Assembly (NCBI GenBank): GCA_018694835.1
Contig: JABHOG010000015.1
Span: 7,362-71,361, forward strand
Direction of reading: 5' to 3'
Length of the DNA stretch: 64,000 bases
Origin: Planctomycetota bacterium
Lineage (GTDB): Bacteria; Planctomycetota; UBA8108; UBA1146
Below, in pieces: positions 1 to 9,530 of this stretch; positions within the stretch are counted from its first letter, which is position 1; each line of letters opens with the position of its first letter. The notes under the pieces are model-generated. The model was not told where the DNA came from, made no database searches, and saw nothing but the letters and a program-made list of their open reading frames with translations. A program made the position numbers and the translations under genes.

Positions 1-544
1 ACTGGAACGAGATCTCGCCGATGACACAGCGGTGCGCTCCAAGAAGGAGATCTCTCGAATGGAGAGAGAGCGGCGCAAGATCTTCAGGAACCTCGAAGGC
101 GTGAGGAACATGAACCGTATGCCCGGCGCGCTCATCGCCGTGGACATTCGTCGCGATGAAATTGCCGTCAAGGAAGCTCGGGGCCTGAACATTCCGATCA
201 TCTCCATCGTCGACACCGACTGCGATCCAAACATGGTCGACCTGCCGATCCCGGGCAACGATGACGCGTTCCGCAGTATTGAGGTGATCCTCAGCCAGCT
301 TGCGGATTCCATTATCGCGGGTAAGGACAAGTTGGAAGCGCGCCAGAAGGAAGAAGCGGCCAAGAAGGCATCCGTCGAGGAGACCTCAAGGCGCAAGGAG
401 AAGGAACGCAACGTCAACGTCGAAGAGGCGCGCGCCAAGCCTTTCACTCCGCCACAAGCCGCACCTGGTGTCGATCAACCGGCGGATACCAAGCCGAAGC
501 CAAAGATCGTGGTGGCACCGGATAAGAAAAAGACTGAGGAATAA
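1..544 (+). CDS. rpsB: 30S ribosomal protein S2, C-terminal part (5' end lies outside window)
   Basis: Frame continues open to position 2. Conserved S2 core LIAVDIRRDEIAVKEARGLNIPIISIVDTDCDP followed by a Lys/Glu-rich tail. Classic rpsB-tsf-pyrH-frr order. Confidence 0.85.
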   Translation, partial: LERDLADDTAVRSKKEISRMERERRKIFRNLEGVRNMNRMPGALIAVDIRRDEIAVKEARGLNIPIISIVDTDCDPNMVDLPIPGNDDAFRSIEVILSQLADSIIAGKDKLEARQKEEAAKKASVEETSRRKEKERNVNVEEARAKPFTPPQAAPGVDQPADTKPKPKIVVAPDKKKTEE

Positions 545-631
545 TCTCACCTCACTATCCTCCAGGGGACCGAGGTCAGTAAATTTGAGATATCCGCCGA
601 GGATGAAACCCGGCGAAGAAATGGACAAAGC

Positions 632-1222
632 ATGAGTGAGATCAGCGCAAAAACCGTGGCCGAATTGCGCAAGCAAACCGGCGTCGGGATGATGGAGTGC
701 AAGAAGGCTCTCGGTGAAACTGACGGAAACATCGATCAAGCGATCGACCTGCTGCGGAAGCGGGGAGCCGAGATGGCTGCCAAGAGGTCTGACCGGGCGA
801 CCAACCAGGGTTGGGTCGGATCTTATATCCATTCCAATGGCAGGATCGGCGTCATCGTGGAAGTGCTCTGTGAGACCGATTTCGTGGCCAAGAATGAGAT
901 GTTCCAGGTCTTGATTCGCGATATCGCAATGCACATCGCAGCGATGAATCCGATGGCCATTGCTCCCTCCGATCTCGATCCTGAGTTGATAGAGCGCGAG
1001 CGTTCCGTCTTCGCCGAGCAGGTCAAAGACAAACCGGAGCACATCCAGGGCAACATCGTTGAGGGCAAGTTACAGAAGTACTACAGCGAGGTTTGCCTGC
1101 TCAATCAGGCTTTCATCAAGGAAGACAAGAAAAGTATCGAGCAGGTCATCCAGGATGCGGTCGGGACCATCGGTGAGAACATCCAGTTGACCCGTTTCCA
1201 CCGGTTGGAGATTGGCCAGTAG
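632..1222 (+). CDS. tsf: Elongation factor Ts
   Basis: N-terminal UBA-like TVAELRKQTGVGMMECKKAL. Immediately follows rpsB. ATG at 632. Confidence 0.95.
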   Translation: MSEISAKTVAELRKQTGVGMMECKKALGETDGNIDQAIDLLRKRGAEMAAKRSDRATNQGWVGSYIHSNGRIGVIVEVLCETDFVAKNEMFQVLIRDIAMHIAAMNPMAIAPSDLDPELIERERSVFAEQVKDKPEHIQGNIVEGKLQKYYSEVCLLNQAFIKEDKKSIEQVIQDAVGTIGENIQLTRFHRLEIGQ

Positions 1223-1257
1223 GCCGGTATTTCGAGTAACGCCAGCGGAATGGAACT

Positions 1258-1977
1258 ATGCGCATGGGCAAGGGCACGACCAGACGGGTGTTACTCAAAT
1301 TAAGTGGTGAAGCCCTCGGTGGGCCAGCGGGAATCGGCCTCGACTTCGAGGCACTCGGCGCAGTTTCAGAACAGATCGCTCGAGCCGCCCACGAGATACA
1401 GATCGCCATCGTGGTCGGTGCGGGAAACCTCTGCCGAGGCGCAGACTGGTCCTCTGATAAGGTGCACAGGGCAGATGCTGACGCCATTGGCATGGCTGCT
1501 ACCCATGTCAACGCACTGGCTCTTCGAGCTCATCTCCAGATACACGATTGTCCTTCTGAGGTTATGGGAGCGGGTTCTCCGGTTCCTCAGGTCCAGCCTT
1601 TTGACTCCACAAAAGCTCGCCAGATGCTGTCCTCGGGGACCACCATGGTCTTTTCTGGAGGAACCGGGAATCCGTTCTTCACCACAGATACCTGTGCAGC
1701 GCTACGAGCCGCTGAACTCGATTGTGTCGAGTTGCTCAAAGGAACCAAGCATGACGGCATTTACGACCAGGACCCCGCCCTGCACCCGGATGCCAAGAAA
1801 CTCGAGATTACCACCTTTGATCATGTGCTGGACGCAGGATTGAAGGCGATGGACGCCTCGGCGTTCACCCTTTGCCGGGATCAACAGATTTCTCTTCGAA
1901 TCTTTGACATGACCCGTGAACATGCCATATTCGAGGCAATTACTGGAGACCCTGTCGGCTCGCTGATCGAGAGTTGA
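1258..1977 (+). CDS. pyrH: UMP kinase
   Basis: VLLKLSGEAL, IVVGAGN and TGNPFFTTDT motifs of the amino-acid kinase/UMPK family. ATG at 1258. Confidence 0.95.
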   Translation: MRMGKGTTRRVLLKLSGEALGGPAGIGLDFEALGAVSEQIARAAHEIQIAIVVGAGNLCRGADWSSDKVHRADADAIGMAATHVNALALRAHLQIHDCPSEVMGAGSPVPQVQPFDSTKARQMLSSGTTMVFSGGTGNPFFTTDTCAALRAAELDCVELLKGTKHDGIYDQDPALHPDAKKLEITTFDHVLDAGLKAMDASAFTLCRDQQISLRIFDMTREHAIFEAITGDPVGSLIES

Positions 1978-2009
1978 TTTGATTCATTAATCCTGAAGCG
2001 TGGAGGTTC

Positions 2010-2567
2010 ATGGTGGAAGAAGTCATTCTGGATGCTGAGGAGCGGATGTCCAAGGCTCTCGACCATCTCCGTGAGGAGATGCGTGGAATGAGAACCGGAC
2101 GGGCACACCCGGGACTGGTCGAATCGATCCGTGTCGATTATTACGGAACACCGACTCCCCTCAAGCAACTGGCCAATATCTCGGTTCCTGAACCTGATCA
2201 ACTGGTCATCAAGCCCTTCGATGTCAGCGCAATGAGTGATATCGAAAAGGGGATCCAATCCTCCGACCTGGGGATCACCCCCCAGAATGATGGGAAATTG
2301 ATCCGCCTGAGGGTTCCTCCACTCTCCGAGGAACGTCGAAAACAGATGGTTTCCCGGGCCAAGGAGGTCGCCGAGGAATCGAAAATCTCGATGCGGAATA
2401 TCCGTCGAGATGCCAACAAACACATCGATACTTCCAAGAAGGACGGGGATCTGTCCGAGGACGACCAGTCTCGATTCAAGGATCAGGTCCAGGAAGTCCT
2501 CAAAACGGTTGAGAAACAGGTCGATGCTGACCTGAAACGAAAAACAGAAGAATTGATGGAGATCTAA
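2010..2567 (+). CDS. frr: Ribosome recycling factor
   Basis: 185 aa. RRF hallmarks VDYYGTPTPLKQLANISVPE, LIRLRVPPLSEERRK. SD tggagg 8 nt upstream of ATG. Confidence 0.95.
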   Translation: MVEEVILDAEERMSKALDHLREEMRGMRTGRAHPGLVESIRVDYYGTPTPLKQLANISVPEPDQLVIKPFDVSAMSDIEKGIQSSDLGITPQNDGKLIRLRVPPLSEERRKQMVSRAKEVAEESKISMRNIRRDANKHIDTSKKDGDLSEDDQSRFKDQVQEVLKTVEKQVDADLKRKTEELMEI

Positions 2568-2625
2568 TCTGCCATCGGGAAGCGATTGACGGGTCCGTCA
2601 GGGCTCGGTACATTTCTGCGTTACG

Positions 2626-2698
2626 GGGAGCATAGCTCAGTCGGTAGAGCAACGCCCTTTTAAGGCGTCGGTCGTTGGTTCGAACCCAACTGCTCTCA
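2626..2698 (+). tRNA. tRNA-Lys (anticodon UUU)
   Basis: 73-nt cloverleaf: acceptor GGGAGCA/TGCTCTC (one G-U), D-arm GCTCAGTCGGTAGAGC, anticodon stem ACGCC/GGCGT with loop CTTTTAA, T-arm GTTGGTTCGAACCCAAC, discriminator A. No encoded CCA. Confidence 0.85.
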
Positions 2699-2709
2699 CT
2701 TGAAATCGA

Positions 2710-2787
2710 GGCCCCATCGTCTAGTCAGGTCTAGGACATCAGGTTTTCATCCTGAGAACAGGGGTTCGAATCCCCTTGGGGTCACCA
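2710..2787 (+). tRNA. tRNA-Glu (anticodon UUC)
   Basis: Acceptor GGCCCCA/TGGGGTC, anticodon stem TCAGG/CCTGA with loop TTTTCAT, T-loop TTCGAAT. CCA encoded at 2785-2787. Confidence 0.85.
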
Positions 2788-2793
2788 TATTCT

Positions 2794-2836
2794 GGGGGTC
2801 GGTGTTGTCCTGCATCGGCCCCTCTTTCTTTTTTCT
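2794..2836 (+). terminator. Putative intrinsic terminator after frr-tRNA cluster
   Basis: Stem GGGGTCG / CGGCCCC (one U-G wobble) with large loop, followed by tctttcttttttc. Confidence 0.4.
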
Positions 2837-3006
2837 AGTCACGTCTACCGCGCTCAATCCCGTGTGATCTACCAGCAGGGGCTACTGAGTACGACAACTT
2901 CCCTCGATCTCTTGAATCCACCCACAGGAATCAATTCTCGTAGTCGGCTCGACTGTGTACCATCTTCCCTGACGATTTCGAAAATCATCAAGGAGAGGTT
3001 TCACAG

Positions 3007-4173
3007 ATGGAACAATTCGAGGGCTCAGACTTTTACAACCTGGATGATCTACTCACCGAAGAACAGAGATTGATCCGTGATACTGTTCGTGAGTTTGTCG
3101 ATGACCAGGTGGTCCCGTGCATCGAAGATTGTTTCATGACGGACCGCTTTCCCCTGCAGATCATTCCTACGCTTGGTGAGTTGGGACTACTCGGAGCAAA
3201 TCTCAACGGATATGACTGTGCAGGTCTCGATAACATTTCATACGGTTTGATCATGCAGGAACTGGAGCGTGGCGACAGCGGCGTGCGTTCCTTTGTCAGC
3301 GTCCAGGGCGGTCTCGTGATGTATCCCATTCATCGCTATGGATCCGATGAGCAGAAAGATAAGTTTCTACCGCAGTTAGCCAGCGGAAAGATGATCGGAT
3401 GTTTCGGACTGACCGAACCCGATCATGGTTCCGATCCGAGTGGGATGATCACTCATGCGGTCGAGGATGGTGATGAGTACGTCCTCAATGGCAACAAGAT
3501 GTGGATCACCAACGGATGTATCAGTGACGTGGCTGTGGTCTGGGCCAAGTTGGACGACCGAATCCGTGGATTCCTGGTCGAGAAGGGAAGCCCTGGATTC
3601 ACCACGACCAAACAGGAGAAGAAGTTCTCCTTACGGGCTTCGACCACATCGGAGTTGCACTTCCAGGATTGCCGGATTCCCAAGGCGAATTTGTTACCCG
3701 GTGCCGATGGTCTGGCTGGACCGCTCACCTGCTTGACCCAGGCTCGTTACGGTATTGCATGGGGGGTCGTGGGTTCTGCCATGGCCTGCTTTGATGCTGC
3801 CAAGAAGTACTCCCTCAGTCGCATCCAGTTCGACCGTCCCATCGGTGGTTTCCAGCTGGTTCAGGCCAAACTTGCCGAGATGCTATCCGAGATCACCAAG
3901 GCTCAGTTGCTGTGTCTTCGCCTGGCTCAATTGAAGGATTCGGGCAAGATGACTGCCCAGCAAGTCTCCCTGTCCAAGCGAAACAATGTGTACTGGGCAC
4001 TGGAGATCGCCAGATCCGCTCGAGATCTACTCGGTGCCAATGGTGTGACTCACGAGTATCCGGTCGGTCGGCACATGCTCAACCTGGAATCGGTCAAGAC
4101 ATACGAAGGAACTCACGACATCCATACTTTGATTCTGGGACATGAAATCACCGGGATCCCTGCATACAAGTGA
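3007..4173 (+). CDS. gcdH: Glutaryl-CoA dehydrogenase (acyl-CoA dehydrogenase family)
   Basis: 388 aa, collinear with GCDH proteins: GCFGLTEPDHGSDP, NGNKMWITNG, KFSLRASTTSEL, YGIAWGV, LSKRNN, NLESVKTYEGTHDIHTLILG. SD aaggagagg upstream of ATG 3007. Confidence 0.9.
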   Translation: MEQFEGSDFYNLDDLLTEEQRLIRDTVREFVDDQVVPCIEDCFMTDRFPLQIIPTLGELGLLGANLNGYDCAGLDNISYGLIMQELERGDSGVRSFVSVQGGLVMYPIHRYGSDEQKDKFLPQLASGKMIGCFGLTEPDHGSDPSGMITHAVEDGDEYVLNGNKMWITNGCISDVAVVWAKLDDRIRGFLVEKGSPGFTTTKQEKKFSLRASTTSELHFQDCRIPKANLLPGADGLAGPLTCLTQARYGIAWGVVGSAMACFDAAKKYSLSRIQFDRPIGGFQLVQAKLAEMLSEITKAQLLCLRLAQLKDSGKMTAQQVSLSKRNNVYWALEIARSARDLLGANGVTHEYPVGRHMLNLESVKTYEGTHDIHTLILGHEITGIPAYK

Positions 4174-4275
4174 CCGGTAACAGTGTGGATGTGACCTCTC
4201 TTGCGCTTTCGGTTATGATCTAGCAGTGATAATTCCTTCTTTGCTGTTCACGATCGAGAGGAAGCGGGGTAACGG

Positions 4276-6534
4276 TTGAGCGCGTCATCTGATTTCATCA
4301 ACAAGTTCAGGCGGAACTCACTCGATCGCTTCGAGGACAGGCACCGGATCCGTAGCATTTCCGGCTTCATCGAAGATTTCCTGGTGAATCCTTATTCGTA
4401 TCTTAGAAATTCTCCCCGTTATCTTTGCGACATGTTTGAGCACTACGGTACCGAAGAAGTCCAGAGGATCGGAATGACGGACCGGCGCTGGAAACTCTTT
4501 GATCAGGATTTTGGTCGTCAGGAAGATTCCCTGGTGGCGCAGGAGCGGGTCCAAAACTCCATCTACTCGAAGTTACGTCAGTTTGCCCGAAACGGCATCG
4601 CTGACCGCCTGATCCTTCTTCACGGCCCCAACGGGTCCGCCAAATCGACCACCATCCAGTCGATCATGCACGCCATGACCCATTACAGCACCCTGCCCGA
4701 GGGGGCGATGTATCGATTCAACTGGATCTTCCCGCTCAAGTCGGATGACGTCAGTCGAATCGGCTTCGAGGAGTCCGAGCACGATGAGATGGGTACCTAC
4801 GCTTTCCTCAAGCCAAAGGAGATTGGCTCGGTGATCCGCTGCGAGTTGAAGGATTCGCCATTGTTCCTGATTCCGCGGCAAGAGCGTAAGGAATTGATCG
4901 ATGAGGCACTGATCGCTCACCCTGAGATCGCTGACATGGAACACTTCAGTTACGAGTGGGCTATTCATGGGGATCTGAGTCAGAAAAGCAAATGGATCTA
5001 CGAGGCACTACTCGCCGCAAATCAAGGGGACTGGACCGAGGTGATGCGTTACATCCAGGTCGAACGATTCTTCCATTCCAAGCGGTATCGGCTGGGCTGC
5101 ATCAGCATTGAACCCCAGGCGAACATCGATGCACAGACTAGGATGATGGGATATGAAGGTACCGGACTACCTGGCGTTCTCCATGGCATTCCACTCTTCG
5201 AACTGGACGGGGAACTGGTCGATGCCAATCGAGGACTCTGTGAATATTCCGATTTCCTCAAAAGACCACCGGAGACCAATAAATACCTGCTGACCACCTC
5301 TGAGAAGGGCACCATCCAGTTGCCCAATTATCGTGCCCATCTCGACATCGTCTTGACCGGCACGGCCAACGAGAAACAATTGAACCTGTTCAAGCGGACC
5401 CCTGACTTCTCCTCCTTCAAGGGAAGGCTCAATTTCGTTCGGGTTCCCTACTTGCTTCAGTACTCTCGAGAAGCAGATCTCTACCGACGGAACCTGGACG
5501 TTCACTCGACCACACGGTCTGTGGCTCCCCACACTGCCGAGATGACTGCGTTGTGGGCTGTCCTGACTCGACTGAAGCGCCCCTCTCCAAAGAACCACCG
5601 TCCTGATCTCGCTCCCATCGTTTCGAAGCTCACGCCGATTCAAAAGGCGTTGCTTTACGATCATGGCGCCATGCCTGACGATCTGAAGAATGACGAAAAA
5701 ATGCTACTCAATAGCAGTATCCGACAACTGCGTGAGGAACATGACGAGGCCGAAGGTGAGTTCGAAGGGATCTACGGATCCGAATACGAGGGGCGTAGAG
5801 GGGCATCTCCGCGCGAGATGATCACCTTGATCGCTCTCGCTGCAGAAGACAAATCCTGGGACACACTTTCCCCCTTGTCCGTCTTCACGGAGTTGGAAAA
5901 GTTCATCAATGAATCCAGTGTCCATGACTTTCTTCGATTGCCTGTCGATAACGGCTACAACGATTACATGAAGTTCATCGATGTGGTTCGCCAGCACTAC
6001 CTCGCGCTGGTCCAATCAGAGGTGTTCGATAGCATCGGCTTGGTTGAGGATCACGAGTTCGATCGAGTGTTCACCGACTACTTCCGGCAACTCAAAGCAC
6101 TCGATCCTTCGGCGAGTCTGTATCCTGTGAATCGCGACACCTCGTTGAACTCATCCAATTCGATCAATCGTGTTGAAGAACTTTTGAATGTTCAGGTAGC
6201 GGCCGATTTCAGGTCCAATGTACTCAGCAAACTGGGCGCTTACGCTACCGAGAATCCCGAGTCGGTGATTCATTATCACGAGTTGTTCCCCGATCTTTTC
6301 CGCAAGTTAAAGCACTCGATCTGGGCGGAGAAGTCGGATCAGTTGGAGATGGCTCTGGTGAATATCCAGAAGTCCTTCAGCGAGGAGCATGGAGAACTCT
6401 CTGTCGATCAAATTACGATGGTCGAGAATACCCTGATCAAACTGAGAGAATCCTATGGCTACGACAATCAAAGCGCCCAGGACATCATAGGATTCATCAT
6501 CAGCAGCCAACGCATCCAGGAGAACTTGGAGTGA
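4276..6534 (+). CDS. prkA: PrkA-family serine protein kinase (AAA-like N-domain)
   Basis: 752 aa. P-loop LILLHGPNGSAKST about 110 aa from N-terminus, as in PrkA/YeaG. TTG start with gaggaag SD upstream. No yhbH/spoVR-like partner adjacent. Confidence 0.85.
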   Translation: MSASSDFINKFRRNSLDRFEDRHRIRSISGFIEDFLVNPYSYLRNSPRYLCDMFEHYGTEEVQRIGMTDRRWKLFDQDFGRQEDSLVAQERVQNSIYSKLRQFARNGIADRLILLHGPNGSAKSTTIQSIMHAMTHYSTLPEGAMYRFNWIFPLKSDDVSRIGFEESEHDEMGTYAFLKPKEIGSVIRCELKDSPLFLIPRQERKELIDEALIAHPEIADMEHFSYEWAIHGDLSQKSKWIYEALLAANQGDWTEVMRYIQVERFFHSKRYRLGCISIEPQANIDAQTRMMGYEGTGLPGVLHGIPLFELDGELVDANRGLCEYSDFLKRPPETNKYLLTTSEKGTIQLPNYRAHLDIVLTGTANEKQLNLFKRTPDFSSFKGRLNFVRVPYLLQYSREADLYRRNLDVHSTTRSVAPHTAEMTALWAVLTRLKRPSPKNHRPDLAPIVSKLTPIQKALLYDHGAMPDDLKNDEKMLLNSSIRQLREEHDEAEGEFEGIYGSEYEGRRGASPREMITLIALAAEDKSWDTLSPLSVFTELEKFINESSVHDFLRLPVDNGYNDYMKFIDVVRQHYLALVQSEVFDSIGLVEDHEFDRVFTDYFRQLKALDPSASLYPVNRDTSLNSSNSINRVEELLNVQVAADFRSNVLSKLGAYATENPESVIHYHELFPDLFRKLKHSIWAEKSDQLEMALVNIQKSFSEEHGELSVDQITMVENTLIKLRESYGYDNQSAQDIIGFIISSQRIQENLE

Positions 6535-6608
6535 ACCAGCGGGCATGGCGCCTGGACCGTTTTTCACCCGGCCTCACTTCACCAAGGCATCCGTTCAGTA
6601 ATCTCTGA

Positions 6609-7697
6609 TCAAATGCCCTTGCGAGACGTGCGAAACCCAGGAGTGCTATCGGATAACTGTTCGAGCCAGCGGCGGAAGAAGCCCATTTCTCCCGGGTCTA
6701 CCTGGGGAGTGTCCCCATCGAGATCGCCGATCGATTCGCGAATCCTTTGAATCACCGTATCTTCGGTCAACCCCTCTGCCTCCGCGTGAACACTGAGTAC
6801 GACCCGGTGTCGAAGCGACGGCAAGATCACGTCATCGAGGTCTTGTGCGATCACGGTGTTGCGTCCCTGTAAGGCAGCCCTCGCCCGGGCGGTTCTCAGG
6901 ATCGTCTGGATTCCGCGCGGACCCGCTCCATAAGCCAGTAACTCCGCTGCAACCGGACTGCCATCTTGCTCCGCGGGTCGAGTGGAGCGCACAATCCTGG
7001 TCGCACGAAGAAGCGCCCAGTTGGGGATCTCGACCTTTTCGACCTCCTCGATGGCCTGAGTGAGCCAGGCTCCTGGCACGACCGGTTTCAAGGATGATTC
7101 AGGACGAGATGTAGTGGTCGAGACCACATCCAGTTCCTCCTCGGCATCGGGGTAATCGAGGATGACCTGAAAGGCGAATCGATCCAGTTGAGTGAAGGGG
7201 AGAGGGTAGGTCCCTTCCTGATCCAGCGGGTTCTGAGTCGCCATGACGAAGAAGGGGGACGGTAGGGAATGACAATCTCCCATGACCGTGACCTGGCCCT
7301 CCTCCATCGCCTCCAGAAGGGCCGCTTGGGTCTTCGGAGGGGTTCGGTTGATCTCGTCTCCCAGCAACAAGTTGGCGAAGATGGGGCCTTTTCTGAAGCG
7401 AAAGGTGCGATCTCCCGTATCCACATCCGAGGTCAAGATGGAGGTGCCTGTGATGTCCTGGGGCATCAGATCGGGTGTGAACTGTACCCTGCTGAATTGA
7501 AGATCCAGAAGTTCAGCAAGAGAGCGAATCATCAACGTCTTGGCCAGTCCTGGAACACCGATCACCAGGACGTGACCACCGGAAAAAAAGGCCGTAAGAA
7601 CCTGCTGAATGATGTCATCTTGACCGATGATTCGCGTGGCGAGGCCGTCTCGCACTCGTTTCTGCAATTCGGCTACGCCAACGTACTCAGTCTCCAT
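6609..7697 (-). CDS. MoxR-like AAA+ ATPase
   Basis: GHVLVIGVPGLAKT (Walker A), LLGDEINRTPPKTQAALLEAMEEGQVTV (Walker B/sensor). The track ORF is extended by a noncoding-looking Arg/Ser-rich 5' part. Internal ATG (METEYVGV...) at 7697 gives the typical MoxR length and overlaps the mazG stop. Confidence 0.85.
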   Translation of the reverse strand: METEYVGVAELQKRVRDGLATRIIGQDDIIQQVLTAFFSGGHVLVIGVPGLAKTLMIRSLAELLDLQFSRVQFTPDLMPQDITGTSILTSDVDTGDRTFRFRKGPIFANLLLGDEINRTPPKTQAALLEAMEEGQVTVMGDCHSLPSPFFVMATQNPLDQEGTYPLPFTQLDRFAFQVILDYPDAEEELDVVSTTTSRPESSLKPVVPGAWLTQAIEEVEKVEIPNWALLRATRIVRSTRPAEQDGSPVAAELLAYGAGPRGIQTILRTARARAALQGRNTVIAQDLDDVILPSLRHRVVLSVHAEAEGLTEDTVIQRIRESIGDLDGDTPQVDPGEMGFFRRWLEQLSDSTPGFRTSRKGI

Positions 7698-8523
7698 CAG
7701 ATCCCACTTTCGAGTTCTCATCGGTTTCGCTGCTTCGCGGCTCTCGCTGCTGTGATTTCCCCTGCTGATACCACTCTTCCAGTTGCTCCAGCTCGAACTT
7801 CTGTTCCGATCCGCTACGACGCTGATCGATTTGTGCATCGACCTCTTGGAAACGTTGACGAAATCTCTCCAGGGCATCGATGAGAGTCTGTTCGCCATCG
7901 AAGTCGAGTTTTCGAGAAACACTGGAGGCGGCAAAGAACAGATCACCCAGTTCGTGTCCGATCGCCTCGCGATCACCACTGTCGATCGCTTCCTTCAACT
8001 CGGCCAGTTCTTCCTCGACCTTGCCGAGCGCGCCGTCGACGTCGGGCCAGTCAAATCCCACATCTGCAACCATCTTGCCGACACGGTCGGCGCGAGACAA
8101 GGCGGGTAACGAGGCGGGGAGTGGTCGAATGGTAGCGGGTCGACGATCTTCCTCACCCTTTTCCTGCTGCTTGATCCGATCCCAATTCCTTCGTACCGCA
8201 TCGGGATCCTTCGCCTCACCATCGCCAAAAACGTGCGGGTGGCGTCGGATCAACTTCTCCGAGATGCCCTCGGCCAGCTGTTCGAGGGTGAATTGACCCT
8301 CTTCCTCGGCGATTCGGGCCTGTAGATGGATGTTCATCAGCAGATCCCCCAGTTCCTCGCAGATCTTGACTGGATCTGCGCCGCTGATCGCCTCTGCAGC
8401 CTCGTGAGCCTCCTCCAGCAGGAATGGGCGCAGCGTTTCAGGAGTCTGTTGAAGATCCCATGGACAGCCTCCAGGAGATCTCAGTCGATCGATGATTCCC
8501 TTGAGGCGAGCCATTTCGTTCAT
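7687..8523 (-). CDS. mazG: Nucleoside triphosphate pyrophosphohydrolase MazG
   Basis: Tandem MazG domains: GCPWDLQQTPETLRPFLLEEAHE ... and EELGDLLMNIH / HELGDLFFA EEXXE motifs. Longest ORF starts at 8586. The MazG-typical N-terminus begins at ATG 8523 (MNEMARLKGIIDRL). Confidence 0.88.
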   Translation of the reverse strand: MNEMARLKGIIDRLRSPGGCPWDLQQTPETLRPFLLEEAHEAAEAISGADPVKICEELGDLLMNIHLQARIAEEEGQFTLEQLAEGISEKLIRRHPHVFGDGEAKDPDAVRRNWDRIKQQEKGEEDRRPATIRPLPASLPALSRADRVGKMVADVGFDWPDVDGALGKVEEELAELKEAIDSGDREAIGHELGDLFFAASSVSRKLDFDGEQTLIDALERFRQRFQEVDAQIDQRRSGSEQKFELEQLEEWYQQGKSQQREPRSSETDENSKVGSDGD

Positions 8524-8744
8524 CGGAGCCGGTTCGATCTGCCACTCGGGGGGATCGGGAGATCGCGAATTCATCGATGATGTCACCCTTCTTCTGTCGT
8601 CCAGAACTGGACATCGGTCGTCCTGTGTTCAATACAGGATCGGTGAACGGGGCCTCTGGATCAAGGGAAGAGGAGAGTTCTCCGCCTCCCCACGCATTCC
8701 CGATGGCACGACCATTGCTCGATCCATCTCGCCCCCGGTGAAGG

Positions 8745-8850
8745 TCACCACGGAGGTGGAGCCTCATCGGGGAGCCTCACCGGACAGCCTCATCCGGCAG
8801 TTTCACGGGGCCCACGAAGCTCACGGGAGCTCACGAAGCTCACGGAGCCT
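8745..8850. repeat. Cluster of short imperfect tandem repeats upstream of mazG
   Basis: On the mazG-coding strand: CGTGAGCTTCGTGAGCTCC / CGTGAGCTTCGTGGGCCCC, then GATGAGGCTGTCCG / GTGAGGCTCCCC / GATGAGGCTCC. Lies 220-330 nt upstream of mazG. No ORF. Confidence 0.45.
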
Positions 8851-9023
8851 TGATCGATCGTTGGATCTTGCGAGTTCGATCCGCGTCTGACCCGATCGAA
8901 GGGTAAAGTTCGCAACGGAGGGGTCGGGATGTGCCGGGTGGGAACGGATCCCACTCGGGCCAGTAGTCAGTTGGATTCCTCTCGCCAGTGGAAACTACAC
9001 TTCCAGGCCCCTCTTCTACCGAT

Positions 9024-9398
9024 CTACTGGCGGTCGATCACGATCGCTCGGGAAGGGACCTTGCCACCCCTCAGATCGACCAGCCGCACGTTTTTATCGG
9101 TATCCTGGAACACCATCGTGTAATTGCCCGAGGTCCCGTTGACCGTGATCAGCTCGCCAAATTCAGTGGGTACCGTTCCCGCCTGGGTGAAATTCCACCG
9201 GGGCTTCTTTTTCGATTGTGCCTCGGCGGTGGAAGTTGACCCCGGGGAAACCCCTTGCCAGGCACTGAGAGCGAAGATTCCGACCAGCATTCCTGCACCA
9301 AAGATCACCAGAGAGAATGCTCGAATCGAGCTACGATGCGGTGGAATCGGTGGATTTGGCCCGCAAGAGGCTTGAGGAGATGGATGACTACTGAACAT
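9024..9398 (-). CDS. Hypothetical small membrane-anchored protein (Pro-rich N-term, one TM, beta-rich C-term)
   Basis: 124 aa. ATG with AGGAAAGGG SD 7 nt upstream. TM AFSLVIFGAGMLVGIFALSAW. Divergent from argS. No recognised family. Confidence 0.45.
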   Translation of the reverse strand: MFSSHPSPQASCGPNPPIPPHRSSIRAFSLVIFGAGMLVGIFALSAWQGVSPGSTSTAEAQSKKKPRWNFTQAGTVPTEFGELITVNGTSGNYTMVFQDTDKNVRLVDLRGGKVPSRAIVIDRQ

Positions 9399-9530
9399 AT
9401 GAGACCCTTTCCTGCAGATCCCGCCCGGAGTGGATGATCTATCGATCCAGTTCGCCGGGAGCGTTTGATCTGTGTCACTGCTCCACTATAAAATGCCCGT
9501 GCCAGAAGACGAACCTTTTCTTGACCAGGA

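Noticed and set aside
386-1042. 218-aa minus-strand ORF overlapping rpsB and tsf
   Set aside because: It is antisense to two highly conserved genes and has noncoding-like composition.
2790-3006. tRNA-Lys/tRNA-Glu pair as a possible integration hotspot for a mobile element
   Set aside because: Downstream genes (gcdH, prkA) are ordinary metabolic genes. No integrase, no direct repeat of a tRNA 3' end and no compositional shift were seen.
6845-8296. Several plus-strand ORFs (6845..7063, 7269..7883, 7880..8296) inside moxR/mazG
   Set aside because: They are antisense to well-supported genes and are low-complexity Arg/Ser-rich translations.
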